Positions 54,648 to 59,020 of a stretch of DNA of 59,020 nucleotides are shown piece after piece. The stretch is from IMG/VR virus record IMGVR_UViG_3300025168_000094, positions 1 to 59,020 of that record. One strand, 5' to 3'. The position numbers were made by a program, and so were the translations under genes. Each line of letters opens with the position of its first letter. Within the stretch, counting starts at the first letter, position 1. This DNA is from a virus (lineage: Duplodnaviria > Caudoviricetes). Below the pieces are notes generated by a model. The model did no database searches, had not been told where the DNA came from, and worked only from the letters and a program-made list of their open reading frames with translations.

Positions 54648-57600
54648 TTAATTACCCCTTCTATTCTTTTTCTCTTTCAAGGAGACTTTCTTCTTTCTGC
54701 GACTTTTCTTGCTGAGAGTTGTGTTTTGTTTGCCAGTAGTTGGTTTTGGTTCAATAATATTACTTCTTCCAGCTTCTCTCTTATAAACAACATCAACATC
54801 TGTTTTGATTGATTCAACAATTGATACGTAGTCGTAAGGCCAATTGTAACTCAAGTTGTAGCCATCCATTTCAACAGTATCGCCCAGTTTTTGTTTTGTT
54901 GTTTGGCCGACTTGTGCTACTGTCATATCACTATAGGATGCTTGGGAACGCTGTTTCACTTTGAAAATCATCCATCTTAAGTTTGGATTACTTAAGAGGT
55001 TCTTCTCTGTGAGTAATTCGGTGTTTATAAGTTCGTGAGCGACTGAATCTTGTTGGAATTCCATCTTAGTATATTCTCTAGGAGCCAAGTTTTGCCACAC
55101 GTAAGATAAATCATTCTTGTCTAATTCGTATTTGAACTCGAATACATACATAACCATCGGATCAATATCATTGTTTACAAAGTCAAACTGAGGAGGCAAT
55201 ATATAATCATTCATTTTCTGAACTAATTTTCTAATTGAGTTTCCGGCTGCATCCAATGAATCTCCAGATTTTGAGCCAATGCTGGACTTCTTAGCAGCAT
55301 CGAAGCGCTTTCTGGGGATGTTAATGAATTGCTTTCTGGTCTTGGCGTTCGAATTGGAAGGCTGTGTGCCGTTTGCTGGTATACCTTCGACAATGTATGG
55401 AACTGCCACGATTGCTTCTTTGATTGTTTGTTTTTCGGCCAGTTGTCCTAACCGGACCTTCGAGTTGTCATCACTAAAACCCATTAAACTAGAGAATGAT
55501 TTCATTTGTTGGGATACTTTAGGACCATCTGCGGCAGTATAATTGTTGTATACAGACGAACCAGTAACGACTTCGTAGTGGTTTGTGAGCCACTGGGCTG
55601 GGATATCATCGATTTCCAAGAAAATCCCTTCGGAAGTAGTACTAGGTAAGCGTCCAAATTGATGCCACATACCCTTTGGCGTTGCTTCATCGCCGAAGCC
55701 AGCGGTAGCCTTGCTGGAATTATAGAAGTTCATCATTGGGGTCTCAAACTTGGGCTGGATAACCCAGCGTTGTCCGACAATGGAGTTTTCAGATAAAATC
55801 TCATTTCCAAATTTGTCAAGTTGTCTCTTAGTAACATTTTCAACACCAAACAAGTTGACTGCAGAATCAATCTGCATTGCGTTGTGATTGATGTTTTCAC
55901 TGGCATAGGGAGTGAAGTTTTGTGAAGCTATAAGAGCACCAGATACTGATGAGCTGAGATCATTGTCTCTAATTAGGGTTCTCCTATACACTCCTGGCTG
56001 TGCTTTGTGTCCTGGCAAATCTGGTCCTGGGTCAAAACGTCTTTTGACGATTTGTGTTTCTGCCAAGATTCTTTGAAGGTCGTACTCAACAGATGCAGAC
56101 GGTCTGAAAATGAAGTCTACCCATGCCTCACCATCGTAATATGGTGGGGTGAAAGACCAGTTGTGTCCGTTCATGGAATCTTTGACACCATAAGCAGATG
56201 CGGAGAGGGCAAAAAGATCACTAGTACCGTTGTTGTTTGCCTTAGATATACTTCCAAACTCGCGGCCGGCAACAGGAGGTCCGAAGCCACTGGCTCTGTC
56301 ATACATTGTGAAGTTTTTAACAAACTGTGGGTTCATAGCAGGATCCTGTGGGATCTCGAACGTACCAGAACGAATCAAGTCGGCAGAAGATACGGAGGTA
56401 TCAGAATTTTTAAATACTGCACGGGCGCCATCTGGTGCAAAAAAGTTGAAGGCGCCATCGGAACCAGACTCAAAATTGTATGTTCTGGAGCCGCTGAAAG
56501 AGGTTCTCATTTTAAGACGGGCGCCATATACTTCATCTTTACTAAATTTAAATGTTGATAAACTAACACCATTGGATTGCAGTCTTGTGTACCCACCTTT
56601 TTTGAGGAAGAACTTCCCAACTTCTGCAAAATAGTTTGATGCCATCATACTGTAGAGTTTGTCTGCTGGACCAGATGCAATCGAAGAAGATGGTGCCAAT
56701 ATAGCACCAAAGCTTTGTGATGGGTGTGGTTCTTGTTCCGGTATCACTAGTCCACGCATAGTTTTACTAGGATCAATAATGGTTTCGAATGGCAGCCTAA
56801 CATCCCAGAAGGCGCCGGAAACATATTGTTGAGAGCCGGTTGCATCGGATGTTGTAAGCATGTGGTTTTCGGTTGGGTTAAACAACAAGGCACCGGTTAC
56901 ATTTACTGAAATAAATTTATAGCCATTTGTGGATATTGGGTAATCGACAGCCATTCCTGATTTAATAGAATTATAAAGGATTCCTGGTGCAAAGAGAGGT
57001 TTGATTACCGATCTTGCCATGGCATTGTGTAATGGTTGTTTGCTATCTTGGGTACCATCCGCAAATTCCCTAAAAGAGGCAATTGGATTAGTGGCCTTGC
57101 TACTATCAAATATAATCTCAACTGAATCACCATATGATTTACTAAATTGAGACACCAAGTCTAAACTTCTTTGAGCTGGATAGAATCCCTTATAAGGGTT
57201 GAATTTGATTGCAGCATGGCAGGTCAATTTAATTTCTTTTGCGGACAAATCAGACATTTTCTTAATATCTGCGAAGTTTCTTAAGAAGTCAGAGTTGGAG
57301 AAGTCTTTATAGAACGTGTCCTGAGAAGAGCTAAGGTTAGTGCCTGGAATTTCGAAAGTGTCGAAGTTCTCTCCATCTTGAATTCCAAACTTGGTGTAAT
57401 TTTCAATTTGCTCCGACACTCTGAATTCTGGCACTACGGCGTATCCTTTAGCCAACGATTTGATGTCTTGTTTGAAAGAATCATAGTTGTTGTAGAAAGG
57501 CTTTGATTCGGAAGATACAAAGGAAGTTACGCCATTGGAAGTTGTCAGATAGCCGGCTTGAGTGGCAGCTTCCCATTTAGCCTCACCAGAGCCTGTCGGA

Positions 57601-59018
57601 ATTTCATAACTAAGTAAAGTCTCTACATTAATTCCCCTAATATTTCGAATAGAGGCATCGGGCCTAACTGAAAGTGGGGAGTTCATCATGTGCTTTCTTG
57701 CGTATAAAGCGGAGTTCCTGACTGTTCCTGCCAGTGAGTAATTTTGGGCGTGGCTAAAGCTGTGAACGCTGGCAGAATTGGCAAATGTGTATGTGCTGTA
57801 TGTGTTTTGTAATTCGCCGGCAGAATTGGAAACCACCAAACTGGCTAACTCTATATCGTCGGTGGTCGGGAGTCCTGTGTTGCCTCTTTCGATCGTAACA
57901 ACTGGTGGAGCGGTTCTGGTTTCAAAGTCACTTGGTGCATCAAGAGGCCACACACTTTGTGACAGTAGACTTTCTGTGAAGTTACCTGCAATTGTTATTA
58001 CATCTGTAGAACCAGTGATACCAAGAGAGTTGGCGCGGCCAACACCAAGAGCAATTCTATCAGCCTGTGTATCTCTCCAGAAAAGATTGTCGTAATTTGT
58101 TCTTTCAGAAGTTTGCGTTCTAAACTCGTTTCTTGTAGACGGGAATACATTCTCAGAATAAAGAATCCAGTTGAGTTGGATGTTGTTGCGATCTTTCATC
58201 GCCACCAACTGCTCGAAGGCTGTAACTTCTGAATCAAAATTCACTTCAACAAAATCATTTAGTTTTTGTTCTTGGAATAGAACCATCTCATTGTTGTATG
58301 AGGTTTTGAAAGTTATGTTCTCTGCTGTTCTTTGGATTCCGCCTGCAGACGTGGATACCATGTTTATGTAATCGAGGTTGACACGAACAGGTCGACCTTT
58401 CGCAGAAACTGGGAATAAATCAAACTTTTGGAGTTCTCCGTTTCTGTATTCTACTGAGAGTTTATTGTTTCTTTTCTCGTGCATCAGCAGTTGATGATCT
58501 TGTCGGCGCGCTTGTTGCCAACCGGCATTTCCATAGTAACCATTACGCTTAATCATAAGCATATTGAATGCATCAGGGATTGCGGATTCTGCAACTTCCT
58601 TGACTAATTCGGGCGCGTTAATATATTGTGTATCGGTTTCTGTTGTTGAGCCGAGGGGAATAGTTATTGCGTGACCCATGGTATTGATGGAAGAAGAAAG
58701 CGGATCGACAATATTTAAATTAAGTCTTGATACTTGTGGTAAGAACCCCTCATCCCCGATGCCAGGGAATTTTCTTTGTCCATTTTCAATTTTAGTTCCT
58801 GTCTGGCTTGCACTAACAAAATCGTAAGAATCTTCGTAAGTTATACCAGTAGATGAGGATACTCTTCGTGTGAAGTCTGGAGATACAAATCCTGATTCAT
58901 TGTGTGTATTCACAACTGACTTAGTAATCCATGAGTACTGTTTTGTAGATCTTGGAATTTGATGTGAGACAAAGAAGTTGTCAAACGTAGACGCTGTATG
59001 GAATGTTCTAACAGTCTT
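54648..59018 (-). CDS. Very large virion (baseplate-type) protein, 5'-truncated by the window
   Basis: Frame stays open past 58913 to the window edge (..FDNFFVSHQIPRSTKQYSWIT..); SGS/SAS-rich; C-terminal YNWPYDY.S.VE. Confidence 0.7.
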   Translation of the reverse strand, partial: KTVRTFHTASTFDNFFVSHQIPRSTKQYSWITKSVVNTHNESGFVSPDFTRRVSSSTGITYEDSYDFVSASQTGTKIENGQRKFPGIGDEGFLPQVSRLNLNIVDPLSSSINTMGHAITIPLGSTTETDTQYINAPELVKEVAESAIPDAFNMLMIKRNGYYGNAGWQQARRQDHQLLMHEKRNNKLSVEYRNGELQKFDLFPVSAKGRPVRVNLDYINMVSTSAGGIQRTAENITFKTSYNNEMVLFQEQKLNDFVEVNFDSEVTAFEQLVAMKDRNNIQLNWILYSENVFPSTRNEFRTQTSERTNYDNLFWRDTQADRIALGVGRANSLGITGSTDVITIAGNFTESLLSQSVWPLDAPSDFETRTAPPVVTIERGNTGLPTTDDIELASLVVSNSAGELQNTYSTYTFANSASVHSFSHAQNYSLAGTVRNSALYARKHMMNSPLSVRPDASIRNIRGINVETLLSYEIPTGSGEAKWEAATQAGYLTTSNGVTSFVSSESKPFYNNYDSFKQDIKSLAKGYAVVPEFRVSEQIENYTKFGIQDGENFDTFEIPGTNLSSSQDTFYKDFSNSDFLRNFADIKKMSDLSAKEIKLTCHAAIKFNPYKGFYPAQRSLDLVSQFSKSYGDSVEIIFDSSKATNPIASFREFADGTQDSKQPLHNAMARSVIKPLFAPGILYNSIKSGMAVDYPISTNGYKFISVNVTGALLFNPTENHMLTTSDATGSQQYVSGAFWDVRLPFETIIDPSKTMRGLVIPEQEPHPSQSFGAILAPSSSIASGPADKLYSMMASNYFAEVGKFFLKKGGYTRLQSNGVSLSTFKFSKDEVYGARLKMRTSFSGSRTYNFESGSDGAFNFFAPDGARAVFKNSDTSVSSADLIRSGTFEIPQDPAMNPQFVKNFTMYDRASGFGPPVAGREFGSISKANNNGTSDLFALSASAYGVKDSMNGHNWSFTPPYYDGEAWVDFIFRPSASVEYDLQRILAETQIVKRRFDPGPDLPGHKAQPGVYRRTLIRDNDLSSSVSGALIASQNFTPYASENINHNAMQIDSAVNLFGVENVTKRQLDKFGNEILSENSIVGQRWVIQPKFETPMMNFYNSSKATAGFGDEATPKGMWHQFGRLPSTTSEGIFLEIDDIPAQWLTNHYEVVTGSSVYNNYTAADGPKVSQQMKSFSSLMGFSDDNSKVRLGQLAEKQTIKEAIVAVPYIVEGIPANGTQPSNSNAKTRKQFINIPRKRFDAAKKSSIGSKSGDSLDAAGNSIRKLVQKMNDYILPPQFDFVNNDIDPMVMYVFEFKYELDKNDLSYVWQNLAPREYTKMEFQQDSVAHELINTELLTEKNLLSNPNLRWMIFKVKQRSQASYSDMTVAQVGQTTKQKLGDTVEMDGYNLSYNWPYDYVSIVESIKTDVDVVYKREAGRSNIIEPKPTTGKQNTTLSKKSRRKKKVSLKEKKNRRGN

Positions 59019-59020
59019 GT

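Noticed and set aside
1-59020. Stop-codon reassignment, introns/inteins, tRNAs, CRISPR arrays
   Set aside because: TAA, TAG and TGA all end well-packed genes; core genes look uninterrupted and of normal length; no tRNA or CRISPR pattern seen by eye (no scan run).

Overview
A 59-kb piece of a large myovirus genome with T4-superfamily (gp13/14/15/17/18/19/20/21/22/23-like) virion genes. Every credible gene is on the minus strand and uses the standard genetic code. In transcription order (high to low coordinates) the window holds: large baseplate/virion proteins; a repair-recombination block (RuvC-like resolvase, UvsE, primase, a single-chain Mre11-Rad50 fusion); a tubulin/FtsZ-family GTPase; a membrane/lysis-like cassette; terminase; portal; prohead protease; ribosomal protein bS21; five paralogous fibre/decoration genes; scaffold; major capsid; neck; sheath; tube; tail chaperones; and the start of a probable tape measure gene. 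The most notable signals are: a dispersed family of unrelated proteins sharing an N-terminal 'MKI-x4-L-x2-II-x-EE' leader (candidate capsid-targeting, protease-cleaved cargo system); the tubulin homolog sitting among those genes; a T7 slippery run that could fuse the two tail chaperones; a kissing-loop RNA leader behind a sigma70 promoter; a recurring CTA(T/A/G)TTA upstream motif; and virion-wide [ST]-[GA]-S enrichment. All calls come from motif recognition by eye; no database searches were run.
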